Shown one piece after another: positions 13,901 through 26,530 of a DNA stretch of 64,000 nucleotides. The stretch is from Macrostomum hystrix. Lineage: Eukaryota > Animalia > Platyhelminthes. The stretch covers positions 22,072,001 through 22,136,000 of the forward strand of contig CATNEN010000001.1 of the NCBI GenBank assembly GCA_950097015.1, read 5' to 3'. The translations under genes and the position numbers were made by a program. Numbering within the stretch: the stretch's first letter is position 1; each line of letters starts with the position of its first letter. A model generated the notes under the pieces. It saw only the letters and a program-made list of their open reading frames with translations. It was not told where the DNA came from and made no database searches.

Positions 13901-16900
13901 ACCATCAGGTTGGACATGCAGCCCAGGAAGCCTTCATTGAAGTTCTGGGTGGCACCAACGAACAGGGGGCTGTCAAAGGCCAGGAACTGGAAGGCCTGAT
14001 CCGGTGGCTCTCGATCGAGGCGAATTTCGTCCTGTCGTGAAATGAAATTTGACTTAGTCATCAATGCAAAATATAAGTATATTAAACCATCCTTCCAGGT
14101 AGCGAAATGACCTAGCAGTAGCGCCGAAAGGACTGAAGATCATTCATTCGAATCAACAGCAATGCCACATTATAAAATATCTGTTAAGAATTTAGGCTTG
14201 GGATTTTGCGAGTGAATGAGTAATTTGAAAGTGGAAACGAGAACACACACCAAAGCAGGTTTTTCGATTCCAAAAGTGTACTTTCGTGTCTGAATTGATG
14301 TACACAGCTGATTGGGTGCAGTAGACGACCTGATGCTTCATAATCACACCTGTCGACAAAGAGAAGACTTTAGTTCCAAAAAGTGGATGCTGCTTACCTG
14401 ATCGACTCTTAGAGTGAACTCCTTTCGATTGCGCTCAAACTGTACAATGTGCCATTCGTTGTCATTGTAGATGGTCGTGACCTGACTCACACCCGGATTG
14501 TTGCTGAACGCCACGGAGCTGATTGACAGCACACCGTAGCCGGCGTTGAACGAGAACTGGATCTCTCTGCCGCGCTTCAGGCGGGCTTCGATGAAATGAC
14601 CGGTGCGATTGCCGTTGATCTGGAAGAACACCGCGTCCGTCTGGGTGGTCTTGAACAGGAAGCGAATGTCCAGCTCCGTCTCCGAATAGATGGGGCTGAG
14701 TTCTATGGTGGCGTCTGTCTTGCGAAATGTAACCGTGTTGTCAAACAGAGTGTCTCCAGTGCACTCCAGCGGGCCAAGTGTGAAGAGGCCTGGATGTGGT
14801 CAAAGTCATGCTTAAGATATTCGAGAAGAATCGTAGATAAAACCATCCTTTCATCGCTCCTTTCATTGCGCCCCTAGCACAATGTTTGAGTCTTTTCTTG
14901 CAAGATAGTACAGTCTCATCAATGATTCCTAACATTCTCTGTTTTCCTTTTCTCGCATTCGCTTGGATTACTAACCCTCTTTTGAATCTGCAGCACTGCC
15001 GGTATCGCCAAATCGTAACTGGGTGACGGGAAGATCCTCCTTGTAAGTGAAATAGCCAGTGTCCTGCTGATAATCAGACGAGTCGATGGTCTCCGAAAAG
15101 CTGTCGCAATTGCAAACGGCGCCTCTCTGGCAGGTGCCCGTGACACCGCAGGCGCAGCGCTGAATACCCGGCGCCGAGCCGCCCCAATAAAACCTCGGCT
15201 GGCCGCGGCGTGACACCCACCAGGACCAGGCCCGGTTGGCCAGGGTTGTGCCGCCCAGAGTCGGTCGGCTGAGAAGTCGGGAGTTGCGACACCTGTAGTT
15301 GATCATCTGGCGACAGCTCACGCTACGACGAACCAATTCAGCGAGGGACAGTGTCGAGCTTTCGTAGTCGACAGTGTAAATAAACGAGCCTGGTGCTTGG
15401 AAGCCGTTGACCTAGGCGAGGATGATGACGGTGTTTTATAAGTTCTGAATGAAGATCCTATGCTTCAAATTACTCAGGAGTCTATTGGGACCAGCTTTGA
15501 CTGGACAATAGAAAAAAATTGCTTCCAGAGAATTTCGTCAAGTTTCAACTCACAACAGTGTCCGGTCTGGCCGTGTGGTTGACCAAGGTGCGCACAATAG
15601 CATCTCGGAAGATGCACTGCACGCGAATTGGATCGAGAATCTGCGAACCATCAATATCAATAGTGATATTCTTCTCGCTTATGGTCGGGTACAGCAGCTG
15701 CATCTCGGAGCATGACGTGAAGTGGGTGGACTGGTGGCAGACGGCGCTGTCTGAATAGCCTACTGGGCAAGCGCAGGTGAATTGCCCCCAGTCCTGGCTG
15801 CAGGAGGCGCCTCGCTTGCACGGATTGGGCATGCAGCGGTCTCGCATAGCGCAGGTGCCATTGAGAATGCTGCCCTGCCGACTGGACTCGTCCAGCTCAC
15901 GGTAGATCACAGCTCGGCTCTGTACGCTCAGCTGCTTGATGCAGCCTCTAAAGGCTTTCCAATCCTCGTTGCTCAGGCTGAGGCGATCTGGAGACCAGCC
16001 AATGTAGGTGAGCGTGTTGAATGCAAGGCTCAGTTTCTGGATCGTCACGTATGAGATGCCATCAATAGTGACGTTTATCAAATCCTTTGTGGCGTACAGT
16101 TCGATGTTGTGCCAGAGACCATCTGCGAAGTTGTCTTTTGTGGCATCCGCATCGACATTTATGAAGGTAACCTTGATATCATTGGTATTTTTGTCTTTCA
16201 GCTGCAATACAAGATCGAGTGTACCATTTTTACCGATGTCTATCGCTAGAAATTTGTCTGTCACGCCGTTCATGGTCTGCAGCGGGTGGTAGATAAGAAC
16301 AGTACCTTTCTGAAATGTTCTAAATAGCATAGACACTCGCAGGTTGTTCGAAGCGTCTCTAATAGCCTTAATGAAAGCGTCCTCCGATGCCAGTGTGAGG
16401 ATCTCGTCTGACGCAGCGCTAGTCAGCGGGCATCGAGAGCCGACATCGCCGATGACATGAAAGCCTGACACACTGTTTGTGGAGTCGGGTTCTGTGCGTG
16501 CATCGCGAATAATGTTTAAGCCATTAAGCCAGAAATTTTCCAGGCAGCCCGTGAAATTTTTGCGCACAAGAAGGCCTGGCTTGTTAGTGAACACGTCTGT
16601 TCCGCCAAGATAAACTGCACCATTCAGGTTCAAGTGCATGTACTCGGTCTGCAGCTCGAGCCACACCTTGACGCGGTCGACGCTAATGTTGAACATGCGT
16701 TGCTCACGAACAATCAGTACGTCGTGCCACATGTTATCATCAAGCAGCGAGCCAGCGAATACTTCGTTGACACCTGAAAATTGTGGAATTCGGCCCAAGT
16801 TGATGCTGATGCGCAGCTTGGACTGGTAAAGCTCGATGGCCAGGTGATCGGTCTGGTCCGAGGAAGCATAAAAGATCAGGCCGTTTGTGTCCTGCGTGCG

Positions 16901-19487
16901 GAATCGGAACTGGATCCGATCGTTAACCGTCTGCACACCGTGGTTCATGTCCATTTCTATCCTTTCGCTACCACTGAAGCTGGCAATGTAGGACTCGAGC
17001 TTGCAGCCATAGAACTCCACCCGCATGGAGATCAGATTATGCCAGCGCTGAGGATTGATGCGCAAGTATCGAGCCACAATGGGATACAGGAAACGATTCT
17101 CGGCAACAGCCAAATCATCGACGTTCGCGTCGAACAGATAGGGCGAGCCGTATTCGTCGCGATAGTAAAGCCAGTTTCTCGGCAGATCGTCATCAGAGTA
17201 CAGCACAAAGTAGTCCATCACCCATTCGCGGCCGCCTTTTCGGCCTTGGGTGGCCACGCCGGTGACAACGTAACGGTCACCCAGGTCGATCTGCAGCCAC
17301 TGGTTGGTGTTTTGGTCGCCAGCAATCCAGGCGCCCGCACCGACTCGGTTGCGAAAGAACAGAAATCCTTGGTGTGAAGTTTAGTTATGAGATAATTGCT
17401 TCAGACAATATCGGAAACTTTGAACTTCAATGTAGCTTTCCAATCATGTCAACAAACTTATTTCGTTCATTTCTGTTAGATTGCACAAAATACATTTGCA
17501 CGTTAGTGTTAAAAGAATTTATTTAATATTTGAGTCCTTAAGAAACCAATAGTTAAAATGACAATGCTATTACAATTAAATTAACAGCGTACTGCGCACC
17601 TAGGCTTCTTAAGGATTCGTTAAATGGGACTTAAAGAAGTACAAAATTCGCTCGTATATAAGTAACTGCATGATAGAGCGTATTGATTAAAAATGTGATG
17701 AGCTTACCGTCTGCGTAGTGCAATCGGCCAAATGTAGCTTTAGTCTGGGCATTTAACTGGGACGATGCTGTGATCTGGGTGTCTGGTATTCCATTGTCCG
17801 GGTCCGTCATGCCGAGAGGAATCTGTGGAAATAGCTCGCATCGTTCTGTAAATGCCATTGAAAGGATTTTTTATGATAAGAGGGTGTGACAGTGTTCGTT
17901 TATCGTAGCCGTATAATTCTTCTAAATATACTTTCTTTCTTACTTTTCTCATTATAACAATACAGACAGTGTCCGAAATATTATATACGGTACACTATTT
18001 TGGTTTCTATTTTGCACTTCACTCTTCATATGTATTCACAAGCTTTTTGTGCAATATTTATTTTATTCTGTGACTATAAAGTAAAACTTGGCTCTGACCT
18101 TGACCCAATATTCTGATTGGCTTATTTCCTACACGTACACCTGGGAATTATTGTACCAAAGTTATTCAACACCTAATTAGTACTTTTTATTGTTATAATA
18201 ATAAACATGTTGTGAGTTTTACCTTCGCCGTCCGCGCCCCTTACCACGTCACAGCTAGTCGAACAAACTAACATAGAAAGCAAAATCCCAACCCAAATCC
18301 GATACACAGCAACTCTTAGTAAACACTCGTCACATAAAAATGGAGGTCCCACCGAGACAAAACTACTTATGATTGGTCATCCGCTTGCCCGCGTCATTCT
18401 GCGTTGTATCTTCGATCTGCAGTGACAACGTGCCCCACTTCGGTTCCTGAAGATAACATTAATTCTCCGGCCTGCTTAATTACTTCGGCGGCCTATCTCT
18501 CATCAGTTCGGCGACAGCTGTCTGTTGCTGAGTGGCTTGCGTGTGCTCTGTATGTGGCTCTGGTGGTGTTTGAACTTGTGGTGATTCGTGAGACTGTTCT
18601 GTTGTGACATCAACTTCTGCACCGATATCTGGTACATTGTTGGCCGTGCTCACGTATCTGTGATTGGCCGTATGATATTTTCTGTGGCAGACTGCGTGAT
18701 TGGCTCTGCATGTGATTGGCTGAGCGATTGGTGGAGTGATTGGCTCTATGGCCGGTTCTGTGACTGGTTCTGACTGCGAAATCGATTGCGCGCTTTGGTG
18801 CTGAGCAGACTGGTAGGTTGGAAGATGGATTTCCTGGAGCTCACAAGCTTGGACAGGTGCCATATGAGATCTGGACACCCAATCAGAGCATTCTAAAAAA
18901 TCTGAGCTGCAACTCAAGCGCCTGTAACCATCATCTCCCTGTCCTAGCCTAGAGGAACGAGGCATCCTAGCAACCAGATCTAACCTACGTCACACGTTAT
19001 TGATTGCCAGCTATTCTAGCTTGCAATTTTCAATGCTAAAACAACTAAAGAATTCCAGTGGGTTTGATTTTTTGGTACAATAAATGACCAAGAATAGGAA
19101 AAATTATAGCAGTTTCTTCACTCAACAATGGATTCAGACAGATAACAATGTTAACGACGCTAAAGTCCTTTAGCACATAAAAACGATCTTTATGATGCGA
19201 TTTGAATGACTAATTTGTTCGTTCAAAAAATGGTTTAAATACTGGGAACAATAATTAAAACATTATATTTTAGCACTTTTAATGAGAGAGAAAATAGTAA
19301 AAAAACGTTTTGAAAAAAAAAGAAGAAAAAATGTAAATTAATTTCGTGGTAATTATTCTTATAGTGGGACATTTTATATGAAGTAAACTTTTATCCAAGA
19401 AATTATAGAATAAAATACTAATATTAAATACTTACGACAAAAAACAGCAGGGAAAAAACACAGGAGAAGAAGAGGTACTGCTGCCAT
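1914..19487 (-). CDS. Nrx-IV: Neurexin-IV / contactin-associated protein (Caspr) family cell-adhesion protein, 10 coding exons
   Basis: Exons joined by GT-AG sites with consistent phase: 19487-19436 (signal peptide MAAVPLLLLCFFPAVFC), 17845-17708, 17343-15554, 15411-14976, 14789-14398, 14031-13885, 13756-13395, 3823-3664, 3148-2888, 2222-1914. Domain order: discoidin/F5-8C (QWLQIDLG, VATQG, LRINPQRW), LamG x2, EGF (CMPNPCKRGASC), fibrinogen-like (IDIDGS, CACG..CNCD), LamG, EGF (CLENPCLNRGEC), LamG, TM (IVVLSVLSFLALIFLLLVVCFF), 4.1-binding-like GDYETKEA, PDZ-type tail KEWWL. This is the Caspr/Nrx-IV architecture. Confidence 0.93.
3362..3568 (+). mobile_element. SINE family 2, degenerate copy
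   Basis: Shares TAGTTTAGTGG..GTCGGACTCACGA.TTGAAGGT and GGGTGTGGCGTCCCCCAGT.CAT.GACTGAACA..GTACGCAGCCTTCA with the copy at 29904-30130. Confidence 0.7.
4005..13255. repeat. ~9.2 kb 22-bp minisatellite (AGAACCAAAGCAATCGTTGGCT and AACAACCAATGCAATCGGTGTTT variants) with higher-order structure, inside a Nrx-IV intron
   Basis: 22-bp period read directly. A recurring cassette GGTGGATAAAAACTAATTTAAAGTAATCGGTGGACATC interrupts it. The same 71-aa spurious ORF recurs at 6784, 8708, 10163 and 12902. Confidence 0.98.
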
Positions 19488-21472
19488 GATGTTAACCAGT
19501 ATTCCACTTTCTTAATCGATCGATATATGTTAGCACTCTACAAAAGCCAAGTCGAACGGAAGAATTATTTTTCTAAACTAAAACCATCAAGAAAACCGAT
19601 AAGAAATTTGTTTAATGAAATAGGAACTCATTGGTTTTCAAATTTATAGTTTTCATTTATGTCTATTGTAATTACAAATTATATATTTTTAACACATAAC
19701 ATTTATTATACCACTCTAGTTTAATAATGATTCAACCCGCAAAATCTCACTTCACTAAAATCATTTAATAATTTGTAGCTCCCTTCTTAAAAAAGCAAGC
19801 TGTTAAACAACTTAGGGATAGGAAACCATAATGATTATCAGCACTGATTATCAGTGAATTTTAGCACTGCAAAAATGGATCGCTAAGTCCGAAATCCACA
19901 TGCAGTCAATACATGGTTCACATAAAATAATGGATTTGTAACAACTTTGTCATGATCAGTTTTGGTCGCAAAAACTTACAGTCGACTATACAATAATGCC
20001 AAGAAATTCAAGAAATTACTGTGTTTGATTTAAATTTACCTTTTAAATTTTCAAAATGTAAGTACTTTTTGTGACCAGCTCTCCGGAATTGATATTTACG
20101 ACAGCACTCGCACCGATTCGTAAAGTAGTCAGTTCTGCATTAATTTTTCATTGTTGGTCGCAAACTTGGTAGGAGAAGACTGAGAAGGTAAGTGTCGAAA
20201 ATTCACTTCTTTGTTAGAAGCATCCAATCGTTTACTTTTATATTTTTGTTTACTTACTCTATGGCATAACGGTTTTGTGCTGCAATTGTAATGGCTAGCT
20301 AAAGTAGCTAAAATAAAGTTATAATGGAGTTATATGTATTGATAGGCCTAAAACTCTTGACTAGCTATTGAATACCATAATTTCACCACATATACTCAAT
20401 TAATGCTCTTTAAATTAAAAGTACACCATTGACCTTGTTTAAAGTAGGCCCTAGTACCATTGTAGGCCTACCATCAATTAAGTAGTGCATTATTTATTCA
20501 ACCTTTATGTTTTAAATTAAGATGCATACAATTTTTTCTTCTTATAGCTTGTCATCTATACCACTATTGGCAAGGCTCTTTAAAATCTCATTCCAAATAA
20601 GCTATCAATGTTAACTAATCCAGAAAATATTTTCTGGTTGCTAAATAGTCATTTTATCACAAGGGTTGACAAGTCAATACCACAATTTTACCTCAATAAG
20701 TGCTCTATGTTTCACTATAATTTAATGTTGTGGCAAAACAAAAAATGGTTATCAACATCACTTCATAAAAGTTATTTAGAATCTTTTAAATCTGTTACAA
20801 CTATTTAGTCTCAGAGAACTAAAAAATTATTTTTAAAAAATGTCAAACTATATTATTGCTCATTAAAAATTCATTTTTTACTTTATAATTTTGAATAATG
20901 ATTATGATTAAAAAACCGAAAAGTATTGTTTGGATAGCATATCTAGCATTTTTTGTCTGCCACCATTGTGTCTATTATTAACTTTTTTTTTAAGAATAGT
21001 TACATAATTAAAAATGTTATCTGCTATGGCTTTTATTGTCACAAAATACAAGATTTTATCAATAAAAAGCCTATGTCATGCACAAGTTCATAATTATCAG
21101 GTGCTTTTCTGTCTGTCATTTCTGTCTATATTATAAGATAACTGTTTTGAACCCCATGTCAAACAATTGTGTCTATATTTTGACAAAATTACTTTTACTA
21201 GTTTCTTCACTTTGTCTAATTGTCAGAATTGAGGCAAATGTATTCAGATACATTTTTGATAAAATGACTGATAAAACCTAAATTTCTGCCTAGCTTTGCT
21301 AACAGGTTTAAAGTAGGCAGAGTTTTTACAATACTTAATTAACTATTTTTTTAACCACAGGGCTGGTCGGTTAAGTTGTGCCTACAGTGAAGCTGTTGGT
21401 TGGATTTGGCAGCAAAAGTTGGCAAGATAATATTGGCTTTGAAGTTATCCAACTACATTTGAAAGCTAGACC

Positions 21473-22785
21473 ATGTATAACAACATTGGCAGAGACAACA
21501 GGGATGGAGAAAATTCCGAGAAAGAAATTGCTTCAAGGAATGTACAGGTAATTTCTTTAACATCTGAAGGCTGTTTATGGCTGTTCAGTCCATGGCTAGA
21601 GGATACAAATTATCCTAGTGGAGTCGGGAATCGAACCCCCGACCTTCAATACACTCTAACCACTAGGCTACACCTGACCCCCATCTATTCTCAGGTCCAG
21701 GCCAAGCGGTTCTACCTGGATGTGAAGCAGAACAGGCGCGGTCGGTTCCTGAAGATCGCCGAAGTCGGGGCCAGCGGTCAGAAGAGTCGCATCCTGATGG
21801 GCATGAGCACTACGCCTGAGTTTCGCGACAAGCTAAACGAGATCATCAAATACTACAAGCAGACCGAATCCGCTACCGATGGCGGCGATCGAGCTTTCAA
21901 ATTTCGCTCCGAGACCATTGTGCGAGAGAATCGGCGCTATTTTCTCGACCTGAAGGAGAACCAGCGCGGCAAGTTTCTGCGCATCGCCCAGCAGGTGTCA
22001 CCGTCTGGCATTCGCAACCAGATCGCTGTGCCGGCTCAGGGCCTTGAAGAGCTGAGGGACCGCCTGGTTGAGCTCATCAACGAGTGCGGCACGGACGACA
22101 TGGCTGGTGAGTCCATTGTCGTATTAATATTCTTCTTTACTGTATTACGAAGTGCATCATCTACTTGTTAGACACCTGTTAGACAATATCATCACCTGTT
22201 AAACAATGTCATCACCTGTTAGACAATGACATCACCTGTTAAACAATGTCATCACCTGTTAGACAATGACATCACCTGTTAAACAATGTCATCACCTGTT
22301 AGACAATGACATCACCTGTTAAACAATGACATCACCTGTTAGACAATGACATCACCTGTTAAACAATGTCATCACCTGTTAGACAATGACATCACCTGTT
22401 AAACAATGTCATCACCTGTTAGACAATGACATCACCTGTTAGACAATGTCATCACCTGTTAGACAATGACATCACCTGTTAGACAATGACATCACCTGTT
22501 ATACAATGACATCACCTGTCTCACTCTCTCACAGAAGGAGTTGAGCGCCTGCCAGCTCCCAAGTCCCTGCGCGTGGACAGCAAGATGTTCTACTTTGATG
22601 TTGGCGCCAACAGGCGCGGCATGTTTCTGCGCCTATCGGAGGTGCGCGCCAATTTTCGCACAGCCGTCACCATACCGGAGAAGTCCTGGGCCAATGTCCG
22701 CGACATCCTGGACGAGTACATCGCCAAGGTGGCCGAGGCCAAGGTTGCCGATAGTGTCAAGCAGGAGGAAGAGAAGGAACAGTGA
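21473..22785 (+). CDS. Pur-alpha: Transcriptional activator protein Pur-alpha (three PUR repeats), 3 coding exons
   Basis: Exons 21473-21547, 21695-22106, 22535-22785. Motifs [50 protein letters not shown] and KMFYFDVGANRRGMFLRLSEV match PUR repeats I-III. Probable 5' UTR intron 20188-21360. AATAAA at 23061. Confidence 0.95.
21560..21676 (-). mobile_element. SINE family 2, internally deleted copy in Pur-alpha intron 1
   Basis: CATCTGAAGGCTG..GGCTGTTCAGTCCATGG is joined to AGTGGAGTCGGGAATCGAACCCCCGACCTTCAA..CTCTAACCACTAGGCTACA. Both ends match 29904-30130. Confidence 0.85.
22170..22520. repeat. 20-bp minisatellite (ATCACCTGTTAGACAATGAC) filling Pur-alpha intron 2
   Basis: About 17 tandem copies, ending at the polypyrimidine tract of the 22534 acceptor. 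Confidence 0.97.
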
Positions 22786-23679
22786 TTGGGGAAGTTTTCG
22801 CTTAGCTACAATCTGGGCATCAGAGTAATTAGAGTTTGAAAGTGTTCGCCGGTTATAATTATGGTTCATCTGTTATAAAAAACGCTAGTTATTAAAAAAT
22901 CTTCAAAAAATAGTTTGGTTGGCCCACTTTGTTATTAGTCTGTGTGCGCTCTCTGTATGATCGATTTAACATCTACTGGGAATGCTATAATGCTACTTTA
23001 TATACTATATTTTTGCAGCACGATTGTGCAGTTTATTTTATTTATTTATTTATTTTTTGTAATAAAAATTATCTGACTTTTAGACCAATATATATTTCCA
23101 TTATTTCTATTTTATATTAGCAAAGTTTATATTTAAAATTTATTGTAACAATTATCATATTATATCAGTTGGCATTTCCCTTAACAAAAATAATCAATAT
23201 TAACCTTTGTGTTTTTGTCAATCCAAGAATTATCTGCTTACACAAACTCAGTACTACTTGCAGTAGCGCATATATATATATAAAGTCTTACTTTATGATA
23301 ATATCCTAACGTTTTGTGAGTTTCTGTGTCCACATTTATAATACTATTAAGCAGTTTGTTGTCTGTTGGTAATCAGAATAATTTAATTGGAGTATCCTAC
23401 AAATATTCGTGCTATCAGTTTGGTGTCAGTGTGTGTCTGTCTTTGGGTAGGTTCCATTTGTTTGCAACATCTCTTTGTTAGGCGCTTGCGAGTGCGTTGG
23501 AAAATTCATTGTTGAAGCTTTGGGAGACTTAAAATACACAACAGGCCCATATTTGGACCATTTTTGGTTTCGACTCTTTTTGTCTCCAAGTTTGGAATAA
23601 AATATGATCAATTGTTGTGCTTGTTTATTTTAAATTATTGAACTACAAGCGGGTGCAGTTTTCAGGGCCATTTTTTCCC

Positions 23680-25370
23680 AAATCCTCAGGCTGAGCTGCA
23701 ATTCTCCAAGATCCTCAGGCCGACCTGCAATTCTCCCAGATCCTCAGGCCGAGCTGCAATTCTCCCAGATCCTCAGGCCGAGCTGCAATTCTCCCAAATC
23801 CCCAGGCCGAGCTGCAATTCTCCCAGATCCTCAGGCCGAGCTGCAATTCTCCCAGATCCTCAGGCCGACCAGCAATTCTCCCAGATCCTCAGGCCGAGCT
23901 GCAATTCTCCCAGATCCTCAGGCCGAGCTGCAATTCTCCCAAATCCTCAGGCCGAGCTGCAATTCTCCCAGATCCTCAGGCCGAGCTGCAATTCTCCCAG
24001 ATCCTCAGGCCGAGCTGCAATTCTCCCAAATCCTCAGGCTGAGCTGCAATTCTCCCAGATCCTCAGGCCGAGCTGCAATTCTCCCAGATCCTCAGTCCGA
24101 GCTGCAATTCTCCCAGATACTCAAGCTCAGCTGCAATTCTCCCAGATCCTCAAGCTCAGCTGCAATTCTCCCAGATCCTCAAGCTCAGCTAGAAATCTCC
24201 CAGATCCTCAAGTTGAGCGACCATTCTCCGGGATCCTCAGGCCGAACTGCAATCCTCCCAAATCCTCAGGCTGAGCTGCAATTCTCACACATTCTCAGGC
24301 TGAGCTGCAGTTCTCCCAGATCCTCAGGCCGAGCTGCAATTCTCCCAAATCCTCAAGCTCAGCTGCAATTCTCCCAGATCCTCAAGCTCAGCTGCAATTC
24401 TCCCAGATCCTCAAGCTCAGCTACAAATCTCCCAGATCCTCATGCTGAGCTGCAGTTCTCCCAGATCCTCAAGCTCAGCTACAAATCTCCCAGATCCTCA
24501 TGCTGAGCTGCAGTTCTCCCAAACCTTCATGTTTCGCTGCAGTTCTACCAAACCCTCATGCTGAGCTGCAGTTCTCCCAGATCCTCAGGTTCAGTCACCA
24601 TTCTACGAGATCCTCAGGCTGAGCTGCAATTCTCCCAGATCCTCAGGCCGAGCTGCAATTCTCCCAGATCCTCAGGCCGAGCTGCAATTCTCCCAGATCC
24701 TCAGGCCGAGCTGCAATTCTCCCAAATCCTCAGGCCGAGCTGCAATTCTCCCAGATCCTCAGGCCGAGCTGCAATTCTCCCAGATCCTCAGGCCGAGCTG
24801 CAATTCTCCCAGATCCTCAGGCCGAGCTGCAATCCTCCCAAATCCTCAGGCCGAGCTGCAATTCTCCCAGATCCTCAGGCCGAGCTGCAATTCTCCCAGA
24901 TCCTCAGGCTCAGCTGCAATTCTCCCAGATCCTCATGCTGAGCTGCAATTCTCCCAGATCCTCAGGCCGAGCTGCAATTCTCCCAGATCCTCAGGCCGAG
25001 CTGCAATTCTTCCAGATCCTCATGCCGAGCTGCAATTCTCCCAGATCCTCAGGCCGAGCTGCAATTCTCCCAGATCCTCAGGCCGAGCTGCAATTCTCCC
25101 AGATCCTCAGGCCGAGCTGCAATCCTCCCAAATCCTCAGGCCGAGCTGCAATTCTCCCAGATCCTCAGGCCGAGCTGCAATTCTCCCAGATCCTCATGCT
25201 GAGCTGCAATTCTCCCAGATCCTCAGGCCGAGCTGCAATTCTCCCAGATCCTCAGGCCGAGCTGCAATTCTTCCAGATCCTCATGCTGAGCTGCAGTTCT
25301 CCCAGATCCTCAGGTTCAGTCACCATTCGACAAGATCCTCAGGCTGAGCTTCGATTTTCTCAGGTTGAGT
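23680..25370. repeat. 29-bp minisatellite (ATCCTCAGGCCGAGCTGCAATTCTCCCAG)
   Basis: Direct tandem period, lying between the convergent Pur-alpha and receptor 3' ends. Confidence 0.97.
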
Positions 25371-25892
25371 TGCTTAGCATCCCTAGCCTGATGTTCTCTC
25401 CTGAAGCACCAAAGACACAAAGAGTCAATCTGCACATGATGTATTCAATTTAAATATCTGCACATAGAAAATTTGTTAAGTAAATTAGTTTGCTTGTTAG
25501 CTACGTTAAAAATTATGAAACGCATTTATTTCGCATAATACTAGCGTAATAAGTTTTTCATAGGGGGCCATGTACTGTACTTATAAAAGTTGAACAACAT
25601 ATAGCATTTGTACACGTACGTATAGCGTTGCAGCAAAAATTTCTAACGAAAATTTAGCAAAATTTGAAATCAATGAATGGGTTGCACGTGGACTATTGGT
25701 GTACAAATGATAAAAGGATAGATTTAAAATGAATTGTACTAGCAAAGATAGCAAACTTTTATTAGTAAATAGGGATTATCGTGTGTGAGACTATAAAGTA
25801 CTGGTCATGGTTGAACTAAAAACATTTTACTTGGAATTAGCGCAAGCGGTTTAATTAACGGCAGATTTTCTAACAGATTTAATGGCTCAAAG

Positions 25893-26320
25893 ATGTGATC
25901 TGGTCATCTAACACATGAGATCTGGTCATCTAACACATGAGATCTGGTCATCTAACACATGAGATCTGGTCATCTAACACATGAGATCTGGTCATCTAGC
26001 TCATGAGATCTGGTCATCTAACACATGAGATCTGGTCATCTAACACATGAGATCTGGTCATCTAACACATGAGATCTGGTCATCTAACACATGAGATCTG
26101 GTCATCTAACACATGAGATCTGGTCATCTAACACATGAGATCTGGTCATCTAACACATGAGATCTGGTCATCTAGCTCATGAGATCTGGTCATCTAACAC
26201 ATGAGATCTGGTCATCTAACACATGAGATCTGGTCATCTAACACATGAGATCTGGTCATCTAACACATGAGATCTGGTCATCCAACACATGAGATCTGGT
26301 CATCTAACACATGAGATCTG
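25893..26320. repeat. 22-bp minisatellite (GATCTGGTCATCTAACACATGA)
   Basis: About 19 copies downstream of the receptor stop codon, possibly in the 3' UTR. Confidence 0.97.
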
Positions 26321-26530
26321 TAATGATGCATGATACATATAAAACATGAGCAGAAATGATTCCACATGCTATATTTGTTCACAATGCTCAAACTACTGCT
26401 CATCCTCGCAGAGACAATTGCTAAGTACATCGCACTCAAGCGAAATGAAGGCGCACTAGATTCAACGAGCTTCAAAAAGCTTCGACAAACAAACAAAACA
26501 GAAACTGTTCCTTTATGCGACCAAGCCGGG

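Noticed and set aside
16781-17377. 198-aa plus-strand ORF
   Set aside because: Antisense shadow of the large Nrx-IV exon.
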